A stretch of 64,000 bases of DNA from Felis catus (taxonomy: Eukaryota): NCBI RefSeq assembly GCF_018350175.1, contig NC_058382.1, positions 49,726,001 to 49,790,000 of the forward strand, given 5' to 3'. Shown here in pieces: positions 50,448 through 63,579 of this stretch. The notes under the pieces are model-generated. The model did no database searches. It saw only the letters and a list, made by a program, of their open reading frames with translations, and was not told the origin of the DNA. Each line of letters opens with the position of its first letter. The stretch's first letter is position 1. The position numbers and the translations under genes are program-made.

Positions 50448-51329
50448 ACGGTAAGGCAAGAAAGAGGCAAAGAAGATAAGAAACTAAGTATGAGAGAAGA
50501 TCTAGAAAAGACTTCCTGTGTTCAAGCGCAATCTAGTCAATTTAGTTTCAAAGCAGGAAAAACATGAAGCCACTAAATGTACTCACGAATGAAAGTCAGG
50601 GAGTCATTCCAAAAGCCCAAGTTTATTTCTCCACTGCCCCTTCCCATCAGTTCACTCAGTTCTATTTTTTCTTGCAGTAGAAGCCATAAGAAAATCCCCC
50701 AAAGCAACAAAGAGGTAGTCACTCCAAACTGCCTTACCAATAAATAGGATAACATGCCAAGTGGCAGAATATTTAGCTTATGTCCCCGCTATGTCTCCCA
50801 CATGTATCCCATCTATTCCACAGAGCAATTTTCCCAGCAGTCACCAGTCACAGCCTGAGCACTTTAGTCACGGGACACCTTATAGTTCAAAATCCCTCAG
50901 ATCCACCTTAATCTGGCACCTAGGCTAAATGGGAGAAAACAACTGTTTCCTTATCCATAAGGAAACCCAAAGTTAAGTGCAGGAAAGGCTGAGGGAATAC
51001 CATGTGCTTCCTGGCTAGGAAACAAGGCTTCCAGGCACAAATCAAAGCTTTTGCTCACTCTAACAAGAATGTGTGCTGTGAAATGCACTGCTGTGCAAAC
51101 AACAGTTCTACCAAAGGACAAGTCAACCTGAAATAAAGGAAACAGTAGGAGTTGCAAAATGAGTCTTGTGGAATGAGTAAGGAAATTCTCACATGTCTAT
51201 GCTTGAACTATGGTATGATTAAGCTGAAACAAAATGTCATTCCAATCATATAATAAATATCACGGTCTGTTTCCGGGGTCAGTTACTTGCTGAACACAGG
51301 TGTGGAACCAAAAGCACTCTACTGTTTAA

Positions 51330-51542
51330 GTTTTTTTTAACGTTTTATTTATTTTTGAGACAGAGAGAGATAGAGCATGAGCAGGGGAGGGGCAGAGAGA
51401 GAGGGAGACACAGAATCTGAAGCAGGCTCCAGGCTCTGAGCTGTCACCACAGAGCCCGACGCGAGGCTCGAACCCACAGAACATGAGATCATGACCTGAG
51501 CCGAAGTCGGACACTTAACCAACTGAGCCACCCAGGCGCCCC
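51330..51542 (-). mobile_element. Feline Can-SINE in the tail of an L1 insertion
   Basis: Reverse SINE. Confidence 0.95.
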
Positions 51543-51544
51543 AA

Positions 51545-51990
51545 CTTTTTTTTTTTAAAGAATGTATCCTTCATATATATATATATATACATATATCCAA
51601 ATTGCTACAAAAGGCCATATTTCATTCTTTCTCATTGCCACGTGGTACTCCATTGCATATATAAACCACAATTTCTTTATCCATTTGTCAGTTGATGGAC
51701 ATTTAGGCTCTTTCCATAATTTGGCTATTGTTGAGAGTGCTGCTATAAACATTGGGGTACAAGTGCCCATGTGCATCAGCACTCCTGTATCCCTTGGGTA
51801 AACTCCTAGCAGTACTATTGCTGGGTCATAAGGTAGATCTATTTTTAATTGTTTGAGGAACCTCCACACTGTTTCCCAGAGCGGCTGCACCCGTTTGCAT
51901 TCCCACCAACAGTGCAAGAGGGTTCCCGTTTCTCCACATCCTCGCCAGCATCTATAGTCTCCTGATTTGTTCATTTTAGCCACTCTGGTG
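51545..51990 (-). mobile_element. Relatively young L1 ORF2 C-terminal fragment lacking the 3'UTR
   Basis: Open frame with [19 protein letters not shown]...KWIKKLW (L1 ORF2 cysteine-rich C terminus); TSD aaaagcactctact. Confidence 0.92.
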
Positions 51991-52109
51991 AAAAGCACTC
52001 TACTTTTAGGATGAAGACTGACAGAATAGACACAACCAAAGAGATAACAATGAAATCTCTATAGATCAAAGTCTACCCAAGGCTTTTTAAAAATGGTGGT
52101 CATTAATAA

Positions 52110-52245
52110 AAGCTATTCATTTATTTATTCATTCATTCAACAAACACCTGTAAGATATTTACCATGTATCAGAGTGGACATACAAAAAAAAGATACAAGG
52201 TCTATGCCCTCAAGCTCACTGTGCAGTGGTAGAGACATATATAAG
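52110..52245 (-). mobile_element. LINE-2 3' fragment
   Basis: 'ttcattcattcaacaaacacc...ccctcaagctcac'. Confidence 0.7.
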
Positions 52246-52309
52246 TTGGGAGAGTGCAGTAAGGGCTAAACTAAAGGCTATTAACAAATTCAGGTAGAGA
52301 GGGGTATGA

Positions 52310-52388
52310 GTTGGAATTTTTAGATGTAAGACACAGACATTGACTCTGGCGAATTAAGAGAGAAAAGGAATTTATTAAAAAGATACTG
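52310..52388 (-). mobile_element. Old MLT1-type LTR, left part (continues at about 58105-58500)
   Basis: 'gactctggcgaattaagagagaaaaggaatttatt' joins 'tactgggttactcacaaaatcc'. Confidence 0.6.
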
Positions 52389-53195
52389 AGAGGAACAAAA
52401 AGAAATACTGGGCTTTGCAAGTGTCCCAGAATATATACTAAGACAGACCATATCCAAGGCCATAAAACTAACGTCAACAAATTTAAGAGTTGAAATCATA
52501 AAGAGGAGGCTCTCCAACAACAATATAAATACAATATGCAAAGTGAGCAGAAGTGAAGAAATAATAAGCAGAAGTCAGTGAAATCAGAGAAAAATCAATG
52601 AAACAGGGTCACTTCTTTGAAAATAATCAATAAAATGGAAAATTCTCTAGCAAGACACACAAACAAATAAATTACCAACATCAGGAATAAAACGAGTAAT
52701 CGCTACAAACCTCAAAAGGATAATAAGAGAAGGCTACAAAATCCTACCCACATAAATTTAACAATTTAAATTGACAAAATGGGCCAACTCCTCAAAAAAC
52801 ACAAACTACCACAACACATCCACTATGAAATAGCTATTTGATAAGCCCTGTAACTATTAAGGGAACAGAATTTATATTTTTAAAACTATCAAAAAGGAAA
52901 TCCCCAGGTCCAGATGGTTTCACTGGAGAATCTATCAATTTTACACAATGTCTTTCAGAAACAGAAAAGGAGGGAACACTTACTTGTTCATTTTATAAAG
53001 TTAACACTGTCTGATACTGAAACCAGACAGACAGTACAAAAACAAAATAAGAAAACTAATACCTACATTTCTCAGAAACAGACATACAATTCTTAAAATA
53101 TTAACAAACAGAATTCAACAATAGTCAAAAGAATTATACAACATAACCAAGTGAGGGATGAAAGGCTGGTTCAATATTTGAAAATAATCAATGTA

Positions 53196-53365
53196 TACTG
53201 GCATAAGGATAGATACAGAAATCAAAAGGATACAGCTGAGATTCTGGAAATAAACCTAGTTAAAGTCAACTGACTTTAAGAAAAAAAATTTTTTAAGTTT
53301 ATTTATTTTGGAGGGGGGAAGAGAGAGAGAGAGAGAGAGGGAGGGAGGGGGAGTGGCGGGGGGGG

Positions 53366-53415
<50 letters not shown>

Positions 53416-54826
53416 CAAGCAGGCTCCACAGTATTAGCACAAAGCCCGATGCGGGGCTCGAACTCACAAAACTGTGAGATCATGACCTGAGCTGAAACCA
53501 AGAGTCGGATGCCTAACTGACTGAGCCACCCAGGCACCCCAAAGTCAATAGACTTCTAACAAAGGTACCAAGACAATTCAATGGGGAAAGAATATTTTTT
53601 TCAAAAATGGTACAACTGGCTATCCACATGCAGAAGAAGGAAGCTGGACTGCTACATCACACTATAAATAAAAATTAACTCAGAATGATCAAACACCTAA
53701 ATGTTAAGCCCTAAAAATATAAAACTCTTGGAAGAAAACATAAGGGTTAATATGGTCTTAAGTTAGACAAAAGTTTCTTAGATATGCAATCATGAGTGGC
53801 AAAAAAAAAAAAAAAATTCATTGGATTTTATAAAAAAAAATTTGAGCTGCAAAGGACATGATCAAGAAAGTGAAAAGATACCCATATATGAGAAGTATTT
53901 AGAAATCATTTATCTGATAGGAACTTGTATTTATTTTTAGAATATATAAAGAACTCTTACAACTCAGTAATAAAAGACAAATAACCCAATTAAAAATGAG
54001 GAAAGGTTGTGAATAGATACATCTCCAAAGAAGATATACAAACAGCTAATGAGCACATGAAAAGATCACCAACATCATAAGCTACCAGGGATATGCAAAT
54101 CAAAACTACAATGAGATAGCGCTTCATACCCCCTAGGATGGCTATGATCAAAAAGAGGGATAATGACAAGTGTTGATGAGAATATGGAGAAACTAGAACC
54201 CTAATACATTGCTTGTTGGAATGTAAAACAGTGCAGCCACTGCCTGCCGAGGTCTGGCAGTTTCTCAGCTGAAAAGAGTTACCATATGGCCATGCAATTC
54301 TACTTCCTCCCATCTGAAAGAAATGAAAACAGATGTCCATAGTAAAACTTGTGTAGAAATGTTCATAGCATTATTCATACTAGTCAAAAAGTGGAAACAA
54401 CTTGAATGCCTATCAACTGAAAAATGTCAAAAATTTGACAATAAAAAGAAACAAAGTATTGAAATATGCTACAACATGAACCTTGAAAACATTTTACTAA
54501 TTCAGAGAAGCCAGACACAAAGCCACATACTGTATATACCATTTACATGAAATGTCCAGAATACAGAAGTCCATATAGAGAGAAAGTCTAATGGTTGCCT
54601 AGGCTGGTAGGGGGGGGAGCTGGAGAAAATGGAAAAGCGACGGCTAAATGGGGGAGTGACAGATAACAGGTGCAGGATTTCTTTTTAGGGTAATGAAAAT
54701 GGTCTGAAATTAACCATCATAATGTTTGCAAATCTCTGTGAATGTACAGAAACAAATGAATTGTACATTTTAAATGGGTGAGTTGTAGGGTATGTAAATT
54801 ACATATCAATAAAGCTGTTATAAAAA
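53196..54826 (+). mobile_element. Second L1 (3' part) nested in the larger L1
   Basis: ORF2 register jumps at about 53196; own 3'UTR and 'aataaagctgtta' end; outer ORF2 resumes at about 54827. Confidence 0.78.
53289..53540 (-). mobile_element. Can-SINE
   Basis: Imperfect TSD aaagtcaa..gactt. Confidence 0.93.
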
Positions 54827-55440
54827 ATCACGATTATATCAATCTTCACAGAAAAAGCATTTGACAAAATTTAACACCCATTCACGATAAAAGTCTGAAA
54901 AAATTAGGAGTAGAGAGGAACTTACTCAACTTGATTAAAAACATCTACAAAACACCTAAAGCTAACCAAAAGACTGAATGCTTCTCCCTAAGACCAGGAA
55001 CAGGGCTTCTCACTGTTTTTAATCAACACAGTGCCGTAACCTTGAGCCAGTGCAACAAGGGAAGAAAGCAAAAAGCAATAATAATTACCTACGCAGAAAA
55101 TCCCAAGGAGTGATTAAAAATTCATAGTACTAATACACAGTTCAGCAAGGTTGCAGAACATAAGATAAACATACAAAAATCAATTATATTTCTATATACT
55201 AGCAATGAACCAGTGGCCACTGAAAATTTAAATATAGTACCATTCATAATCACTGAAAGGAAAAACATTACATATAAGTCTAACAAAACATGTATAGGAT
55301 TTGTAGGTTGAAAACTACAAAATGCTGATCAAAGAAATCAAAGATCTAGATGAATGGAAGGACATGGGTATAACATGTTTATAGACTGGAAGACTCAACA
55401 CAGCAAAGATAGCAATTCCCCTCAGATTGATATATAGGTC

Positions 55441-55810
55441 TGTATTAGTCTGCCTGGGCTACCATAACAGAATGCCATACACTGGGTGGCTTAAACAACA
55501 GAAATTTATTTTCTCACAGTTCTGGAGGCTGGAAGTCCAAGATCAAGGTGTCTGCTCTTTCTGGCTACCAGAGCTATCTTCTTGCTGTGTCTTCACATGG
55601 CCTCTTCTTTGCATGCTTGGAGAGAACGATCTCTGGTGTCTCTTCCTCTTTTTATTCAGATACTGGTACTAATAGATTAAGACTTCACCCTTATGAACTC
55701 ATTGAATGTTAACTACCTCCTTAAGGCCCTATCTCAAAATACACTCACACTGAGGATTAAGGCTTGAACCTAAGAATTTGGGGAAGGAACAAACAATTCG
55801 GTCCATAACA
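55441..55810 (-). mobile_element. MLT1A-like MaLR solo LTR
   Basis: 'tgtattagtctgcctgggct...ttctggaggctggaagtccaagatcaaggtg...ccataaca'. Confidence 0.9.
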
Positions 55811-56867
55811 AGTCTTAATGCAATTCCTACCAAATTCCCAGTATTTTTGTAGACAGAAGCATAATTATTCTAATATATAAATATAAATATAAACATATAT
55901 AGGCAAAAGAAACAGAATAGTTAATTTTGAAAAGAATAAAGTGGGAGGAGTCAATCTACCAGATTTTAAGACTTACTATATATGTTAGTCATCAAGACTG
56001 TGGTACTGGCAGAGGGACAGACACATGTAAATGGAAAGAATAAGAGTCCAGAAATAGACCCACACAAATATACCAAACTAATTTTTTTTTTACCAAAGTG
56101 CAAAAGCAATTCAATGACAAAGGTGCAAAAACAATTCAAAGATGGTCTTTTCAACAAATGGCGCTGGAAAATGGACAGCGCAGGTAAAAAGATTAACTTT
56201 GACCTAAACTTGCTAAATTATATAAAAATTAACTCAAAAATGCATCATGGGCTTAACCATAAAACTCTAAAACTTTTATAAAAAGGCAAAAGAGAAAATA
56301 TGTGGGATCTTGGGCCAGGCAAAGAATTCTTAGACTTGACATCAAAAGTGGCATCCATAAAAGGAAAAATTGATAAATTGGACTTCATCAAAATTAAAAC
56401 ATTTGCTCTGTAAAAGATCCTCTTAAAAGGATAAGACAACTTACAAACTGGAAAAAAAGTATTTGCAAATCGCGTAACTGATAAAGGACTGATACCTAGA
56501 ATATATAAAGAACTCTTAAAACTCAACAGTAAAAACCCAAACAATCCCATTAGAAAACAGGAAAATACATGAACAGACATTTCACCAAAAAAGATATCTA
56601 GATAGCAAAAGAGCACTTGAAAAGATGTTCAACACCATTAGCATTAGGGAAATGTAAATTAAAGTCATAATGAAGCATCACTATATATGCTTCAGAATGA
56701 CTAAATCAGAATGACTGTCATCAGAATGACTAAAATGAAAAATGGTGACAATACTAAATGTTGATGAGTATGTGCAGAAATTATATCCCTTACACACTGC
56801 TGGTGGAAATGTAAAATGGTATAGCCCTTCTGGAAAAGTTTGGCAGTTTCTTACAAAAACTAAACAG

Positions 56868-57003
56868 GTAGAGTGTCTGGCTGACTCAGTCAGTAGACCA
56901 TGCAACTCCTGATCTTAGGGTTGTGAGTTCGAGCCCCACATGTGGTGTGGAGTTTACTTAAAATAATTTTTTTGAGATTAAAGAAACCCACAAAAACAAA
57001 AAA
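56868..57003 (+). mobile_element. Short Can-SINE
   Basis: 'gtctggctgactcagtcagtagaccatgcaactc...gagtttacttaaaat'. Confidence 0.83.
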
Positions 57004-57074
57004 CCCTAAATATGCAACCACCATTGGCCCCAGCAACTGCACCCCTCTGAGTATTTGTCTCTGGGAAATGAAAT

Positions 57075-57598
57075 TCTAATAAGGGCTACCACAGATGCCC
57101 ACACCGTATCCCCACCCCTGGGCCCAAATCTGTGAATTAGTTACCATTTACAGCAAAAGGGATGTGACTAAGAGTATGGATCTTGAGATAGGGGAGATTC
57201 ATCCTAGGTTATCTGTGTGGGCCCAATCACTCCTGTGTTAAACAGGAGTCCTTAAAAGCAGAGGCCCTTCCCCAGCTGGGTCAGAGAGATGAAACAGATG
57301 TAAGGGGTTGAGATTCACAGCTTTGAGGGGGAAATCAAGTTGTTGCTGGTTTTGACAACAGAAGAAGGGGGCCAGGAACCAAAAATGGGGATGGTCTCCT
57401 GACGCTGGGAATGGTCCACAGCTGACAAGGCAGCAAGGAAAGGAGAACCTAAGTCCTACAATCATAAGAAACACAAACCTGCTTTGATTTTAATAGAGTG
57501 AGATCCATTTTGGACTTCTGCCTAAAAAGTTAAAAGAATAAATTTGTGCTATGTAAGCAGCTAAATTTGTGGTAATTTGTCATAGTGGCAATACAAAA
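57075..57598 (+). mobile_element. MLT1D/E-like MaLR LTR
   Basis: 'cttgagataggggagatt...gggcccaatc...aataaatttgtgc...tttgtggtaatttgtcatag'. Confidence 0.82.
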
Positions 57599-58735
57599 AC
57601 CTGTACACGAATATTTATAGCACTTTATCTGTAATAGCCTGAACAGGAAACCCGGACGTCCTTCAGTGGATGAACAGTGAAGGGAGCTGTGGTGCATCCA
57701 TAGCACAGGATCCTAGTCAACAATAAAAGATACTGATCTAAAAAACCACAACCTGAATGAATGTGCAGAGTGGAAAAAAAGCCAATTTTAAAAGGCTTGT
57801 ACTGTATGCTTTCATTTATAGAACATTCTTGAAATGGCAAAATTATACAAATGGAGAACAAATGAGTGTTGCCAGAGGGCAGTAGGAAGGTGGGTGTGGT
57901 TATAAAAGCAACATGAGGGATCCTAGTGGACTGGAAGTGTTTTCTATCTTGACCGTCTCGATGTCATTATTCTGGTTGGGGCACTAGAAGACGTTTCCAT
58001 AAGGGAAAACTGGGCCAAGGCTCAAGGAATCTCTCTGTATTATTTTATACAACTACATGTAAATCTACAATCTCCCGAAATAAAAAGCTTAACAATAACC
58101 ATAATAAAAAGGTACTGGGTTACTCACAAAATCCACGAGGGCTAAAAAATTACATTCAGAGGCTGGAAACAATGTCCCCAAATCACACCACAGACCTATG
58201 CTGGTGAGGACACAGCTGTCATGGCTGCTCTGTATGTGCTCCACCTGGCCTCCCCCGCCCTGGACCCCCCCACTGGAGGGCCCGAGATCTGCAGTGCTCC
58301 TGGCCTCTGCCTCAGAACTCCTGGGTTCATTACCTCGGGCAGATGTCTGACTCATGAAGTCGAAGCTCCTAACTAAAAACTAGAGCTGAGAAGGGTGGGA
58401 AATCAAAAGTTTTGAATTTTCAGCTCCTTGCCTCCCACAAAGGGTGGCATCTACAAGTTTTCTTGAAGATCTCCGAGGGGGTCAGACACTAGACAGACAA
58501 AAAGAAGGTCCACAATAATGATGGATAACGATTTTCAAAACAGAAAGATGGAGATGAAAGGGGGGTTACAAATAAAGTGAGATAGATATAAGAGAATTTC
58601 ACATAAGAAAATTCATGGATGTTTTAGAAATTATATCAGAAAGTATTTCCAGATATTTTGTTTCTAAACAGAACAGGGAAACCCAACAAACAGAGCAATG
58701 TCAATAGCTCAAAAGGATAAAGCACTGAACATTTA

Positions 58736-58955
58736 ATTTTATTTATTCTTAAAAAAATGTTTAACATTTATTTTTGAGAGAGAGAGAGAGAGAGACAGAG
58801 TGTGAGTGGGGGAGGGGCAAGGGGGGAGGGAGGGAGACACAGAATCAGAAGCTGGCTCCAGGCTCTGAGCTGTCAGCACAGAGCCTGATGCGGGGGTGGG
58901 GGTGGGGTGGGGGCTGAAGTCAGATGCTTAACCGACTGAGCCACCCAGGCACCCC
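58736..58955 (-). mobile_element. Can-SINE with part of the body replaced by (GGGGT)n
   Basis: TSD agcac(t/c)gaacattta. Confidence 0.9.
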
Positions 58956-59299
58956 AGCACCGAACATTTAAGATGTGGTATTTTAATGATGTGTATCAAT
59001 AGGTCTTGGGTACGAGAAGCAGCAGCTCATAACTAATATGAAAGATAAATCATCTGATGGGTTTTAAAAGGTACTGGGTATTCCTTCCTATGCTCACAGT
59101 GGTCAAAATGTTTCCTTTAAAAAGGAAATTTCAAATTCATCAAATGTAATGGACAACTTTGTACTAGCTGCAGGAAAATGTAAAAAAAAAAAAAAGCAAT
59201 ATAGGGTATTCATCTTTAAAGCGCTCATGATGAACGTCTATTTCAGGCAAAATGGATGCTTAATATAACCTGAACATTTTCCAAATAAAGACCTAGAAA

Positions 59300-60261
59300 T
59301 GCTAGATTCTTAGATATACCCCAAATTATTTCAAACGTATAGCTAAGCTCACAAGAAAGAAAGGGAAACCCCAGAGTATCAAGATCAAAGAAGGAACTGA
59401 AAACCACAGAAGTAGCACATGAGCAGATACAGTGGCCATGGGGGAGTGAGAAGAAGTTTCAATAACTTCCGCCTGGGTTTTGTTATATCCACATACAGGA
59501 CTTGTCTTGGGCTTACAGAGGTGGAGAATTAGAACTAAAATCCTAAATAAAGTGGAAACTCTATGCACACTCAGGGAAAGGACAGATTAGGAAAAATTCA
59601 CTTAACAGCCCAGGGAGGAGACAAGAAAGCCTCTCTGCCTGGGCTGCGGGGGATAGGGGAGAAAGTCTCTCTTAAGAACTGAAACCCTGGAGTCACATGG
59701 ATTTGGGGTTCACAATTCTAATTTCAATGATAGTACCTAAATGTTCCAGGAGGTCCAAAGCAAGAAATTAACATAAAAATTAGCCCAAGTCAGGGCATCT
59801 AGAAGAAACAAATTCACTTCCACTTTTGAGAAATACAACTTCATCCTCCACCATATGAGATCACCCCACAGACAAAACCTTGCTAAATATGAATACAAAA
59901 TACTAAACACAAAAGGAAATAATCTACCATAAGAGAAGCGACAAAATAAAGATAACTTTAAAACCCCAAGAACTTCTCATAAGAGAAATATCAGACAGGA
60001 ACTATAACGAAGTATACACTTACAATGATTACATATAAAAAGAAAGCCTTGGGGCAGCTGGGTAGCTAAGTCAGTTGAGCATTCGACTCTTGATTTCACC
60101 TTAGGTCATGATCCCAGGGTTGTGGAAGTGACTCCCACGTTGGGCTCTGTGCTGAGCATAGAGCCTGCATGAGATTCTTTCTCTTTCCCTCTGCTCCTCT
60201 CCCCCGCACATGCTCTCTCAAATAATAAAAATAAAAATAATAATAATAATAATAATAATAA

Positions 60262-60292
<31 letters not shown>

Positions 60293-60725
60293 AAGAAGAA
60301 GAAGAAGAAGAAAGCCCCAAAACCAAGATCCTATGGAAAAAAGAACACACAGATCTGAAAGCAAACCAAATAGAATTTCTAAAAACAAAGAGCTCAGCCA
60401 CTGAAATTAAATCAGTGGACAAATTAAGAGAGATTAGACACAGAGCTGAAGAAAACGTACAGCATGGGAAAAACAGGAAATAACTAGGAGGCAACTCAGA
60501 GAAATAATGTGATAAAAAATACCAAGGAGATGTGAAATAATATGGAAGACAGACTGCAAAGATCTGACATAAAGCTAATAATAGGAGTTGTAGGAGACAC
60601 AATGCAAAAGAGGCAATATTCAAAGAGATAAGACTTGAGAATTTTTCAGGACTTTCAAAAGCAATGAATCCACATTGTATTTAAACTGCAGAAATCTAAG
60701 TCAAAGAGAAGAGCTTAAAAGAGCC
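59300..60725 (+). mobile_element. Old L1 5'/ORF1-region remnant
   Basis: A-rich ORF1-like motifs ('aatagaatttctaaaaa', 'gaggcaatattcaaagagataag'). Confidence 0.6.
60051..60312 (+). mobile_element. Can-SINE with (TAA)n(GAA)n tail
   Basis: Head, body and compound microsatellite tail; TSD aagaaagcc. Confidence 0.92.
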
Positions 60726-61009
60726 TTTATTCTTCATAGGGCATGAATAAGAAAGAATAAAATAACTATATTCATGGTCAAACATTTAATGGGCCCATTA
60801 GTGGAATAAGAATCCAAAGAGAGTGTGTGCCAGGGAAGAGTATGGGAGGGCAGCGGTGGCACTTGAAAAAGAGGCAGAATTCCAATAGATGGAGAGATGA
60901 GGGCAACCAGGGGAGAAGAGTGAACAGCTGAACAAAGCTGAGGGAGGAGAATATGGGTAGAGAAGACTCTTTTCTGTCAAAGAGAGTAACTCCCAACAAG
61001 GTGTGGTTA

Positions 61010-61850
61010 ACTACAGTATGGCGTTCACTAATATCAGGCCAAAGAATGTGAACTTAACGGTAGACGAGTATCAAATTTTTGAGCAAGTGTCATAATCTAC
61101 ACTGAATCTCTGCCAAATTATCTCAGCAGTGGCATGTAGCATGGATACAGGAAGAGGGACTGCAGGCTTCCAGTAAACTTAGGAAACAATTACAATAGTC
61201 CAAACCTTTAGAAAACAGTCCAATTACACAGAGATAGATGCTTAATACCCAGAAAAAAGGCAAATGGGAATGGAGGTGAAATACAGAGAGAAAGAGGGGA
61301 GAGGAGGGAGGGAAAGAAAAGAAATGATTACCTACAGACATTCTGAATGCAGAATTAAAAGCACTGAATGGATCGGGCAGGTGGGGAGGCAAGGAAAAGA
61401 AAGGGAAATAACTGAAGATGCCCTGAGTGATGGAGGAAACCACGGCGGTACATTCTTTCCTCCAGAGACAGACAGGCATTTTGGCTCAGCAGATGACCAC
61501 GATGGATTGGAAAGCAGCCTTAGATTCCAGTCCAGGCTCTCTCTCGTGGACAAGCTACTTAACTTCACGGGCTCCATTTCTTCAGCTCTGTAAAATGGGA
61601 GCACTCAGAGGAAATGAGTTGAATGCTGGACCAATGTCATGTCAAGGAAATTCAGAATAAACTTCTAGCAAGCCGTAAGAAATATGGGTCTGGAGCGCAG
61701 AAGAAAGGCCATACTGGAAGGTCAGAGCAGAGAATCACCAACATAAAAGAGATGGTTAAAGCTTTAGAGTAGACGAATGATATTATTACATGCATAAAAA
61801 GAAGACACCCGGGAATCTTGACAAAACCTTAAACAAATAAAGCAAAGGTG
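61010..61850 (-). mobile_element. Diverged LINE-2 fragments (possible MIR piece near 61500-61600)
   Basis: Purine-rich L2-like motifs ('aatatgggtctggagcgcagaagaaagg'). Confidence 0.5.
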
Positions 61851-63211
61851 GCAGTAAGAAGTGCAGAGGCGTACCAGTCTTATCAGGGAGTGTCCTGAGA
61901 CAGAGTGCCATAGGCAGAAAGGAGTGGTGTTTGATTTTCCATTGCCAACCAATTTCGTCAGCAACTGATAAAATGTAAGGAAAATAAAAGCCTTTATCAC
62001 AAACTCTCCGTACTATACCTAAAAAACACTAATCCTTTGTTTTCATTATGGTATTAACCAAAATTCTACTCTTCTGAAGCTTAAAAAAAAATAGGACTCC
62101 AATTTCATAAAGGCAGATACTTTATAATCTAACCCTTCATGCAGCCGGAATTCTGCCTGGCTCCTTCTTACACGATGCTGTCGTGTAACACACAGCTGAT
62201 CTAAGTTAGCCCAATAGGAAAGCTGGCTTCACCACATCAGGACTGAGAAATTGAGTTCCAGACGGGTCCAACAAAAGTGAAATTGGAATGGCTTTTTGAA
62301 ACGGTATAAAAACTTGGATTCAGTTCACCCACAGTGCAACACAGAAACATAATTGGAAAGCAGACATGATGCTTGTGGTTACTGCGCTAAAGGAAACTTT
62401 TCCCATCTTTTTTTGAAGCTCGCTACAGTAGATGAAAGGCCAAGATCAAGAGTGTTTTGCACATGGTATTCCTTGAATCTGATTCTCACTTCTGGTCCAA
62501 GTAAGTCACGATCTAACTGTAGAGAAATTTCTCCTCCTTTGGCATCTCCCTCTCACAGCTCACCATCTCACAAGCAACTGGGCTAAAAGATTCCAATTTA
62601 AAGCAGAAGCAAAGGCAACACATGAGTTTTTCCTGCTCATTCACAAATTAGCAGCTACTGAAATTGTACATTTCAAATTCAAGGAGAGGCTAATAATCAA
62701 AAGGCTGTGACTTTTTATGGTCATATGCATCTAAAATTACTAGACCTAAAGATGAATGCTGGTTTGGAATCTTCCATTTTCGCAATGATACAGAAATATT
62801 AACCTAGTTTAGAAGTCTTAAGTTATTTCAGCTTAAATTTATCATAGGTTCCCTTGGGTAAAGGTTTTGGCAAGAATCCAAGGCTAAGCAAATGAATACA
62901 GTAAGTGCTGGACTTCAGATCAGATTGATTTTCAATCCCTGACCAAAATAATTAGAACACAGCTGCTTGGCCTCTCCCATAAGAAAAATTCCCTGATCCC
63001 AATTAAAATATTTACCTAATATAAAACTTTCTATGTAATAATAACCTTCCATGAAATGGCAGCAAGATGCCTGTATCAGAACCTGATCAGAAAATAAGAA
63101 TCACCGATTGCTATGCTTAGGATAAGTAACATTCTTCACTGTCTTTAAAACATTTGGGAATAGTAACTTCCAACATTAAGGACCTAAGAAAGAAACAGCA
63201 CAGAGCATTTT

Positions 63212-63306
63212 AATTGATCTATAATATAGATAATTATATATATCTATATTACAGATCTATGTATATCTTATGTATATATTATACATATCTATAATATAGA
63301 TCAGTT
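63212..63306. repeat. AT-rich imperfect palindrome
   Basis: 21-bp terminal inverted repeats with 2 mismatches. Confidence 0.8.
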
Positions 63307-63500
63307 CCTAAGCTGGCTCACAATTTCTCTCAGTGTTTATAAAATTCAGATTTTTACCTGAACTCCTAGATGACTGAGAATTAACTAACTTTGATGATTT
63401 GATACAGTATGGAGATACCTATAGGTGATACTCAAATCTTAATTTATTCTTTCTGTAACATTTGGCAAATACACAGAAATATAGCAGTAGTTTAATTCTT

Positions 63501-63537
63501 TTTTTTAAAGTTTATTCATTTATTTATTTTGAGAGAC

Positions 63538-63579
<42 letters not shown>

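Larger units (their letters stand above)
52389..58104 (+). mobile_element. Large L1MC-type insertion (decayed ORF2 plus 3'UTR) with nested elements
   Basis: Colinear ORF2 remnants; TSD taaaaag(a/g)tactg at 52376-52388 / 58105-58117. Confidence 0.85.

Noticed and set aside
51555..51998. 147-aa ORF with a Cys/His motif
   Set aside because: L1 ORF2 C-terminal fragment, not a host gene.
56693..56735. Three copies of tcagaatgact
   Set aside because: Local slippage within decayed L1; not a spacer array.
58107..59079. 14-bp direct repeat aaaaggtactgggt about 960 bp apart
   Set aside because: Does not bound a single element; plausible chance match.
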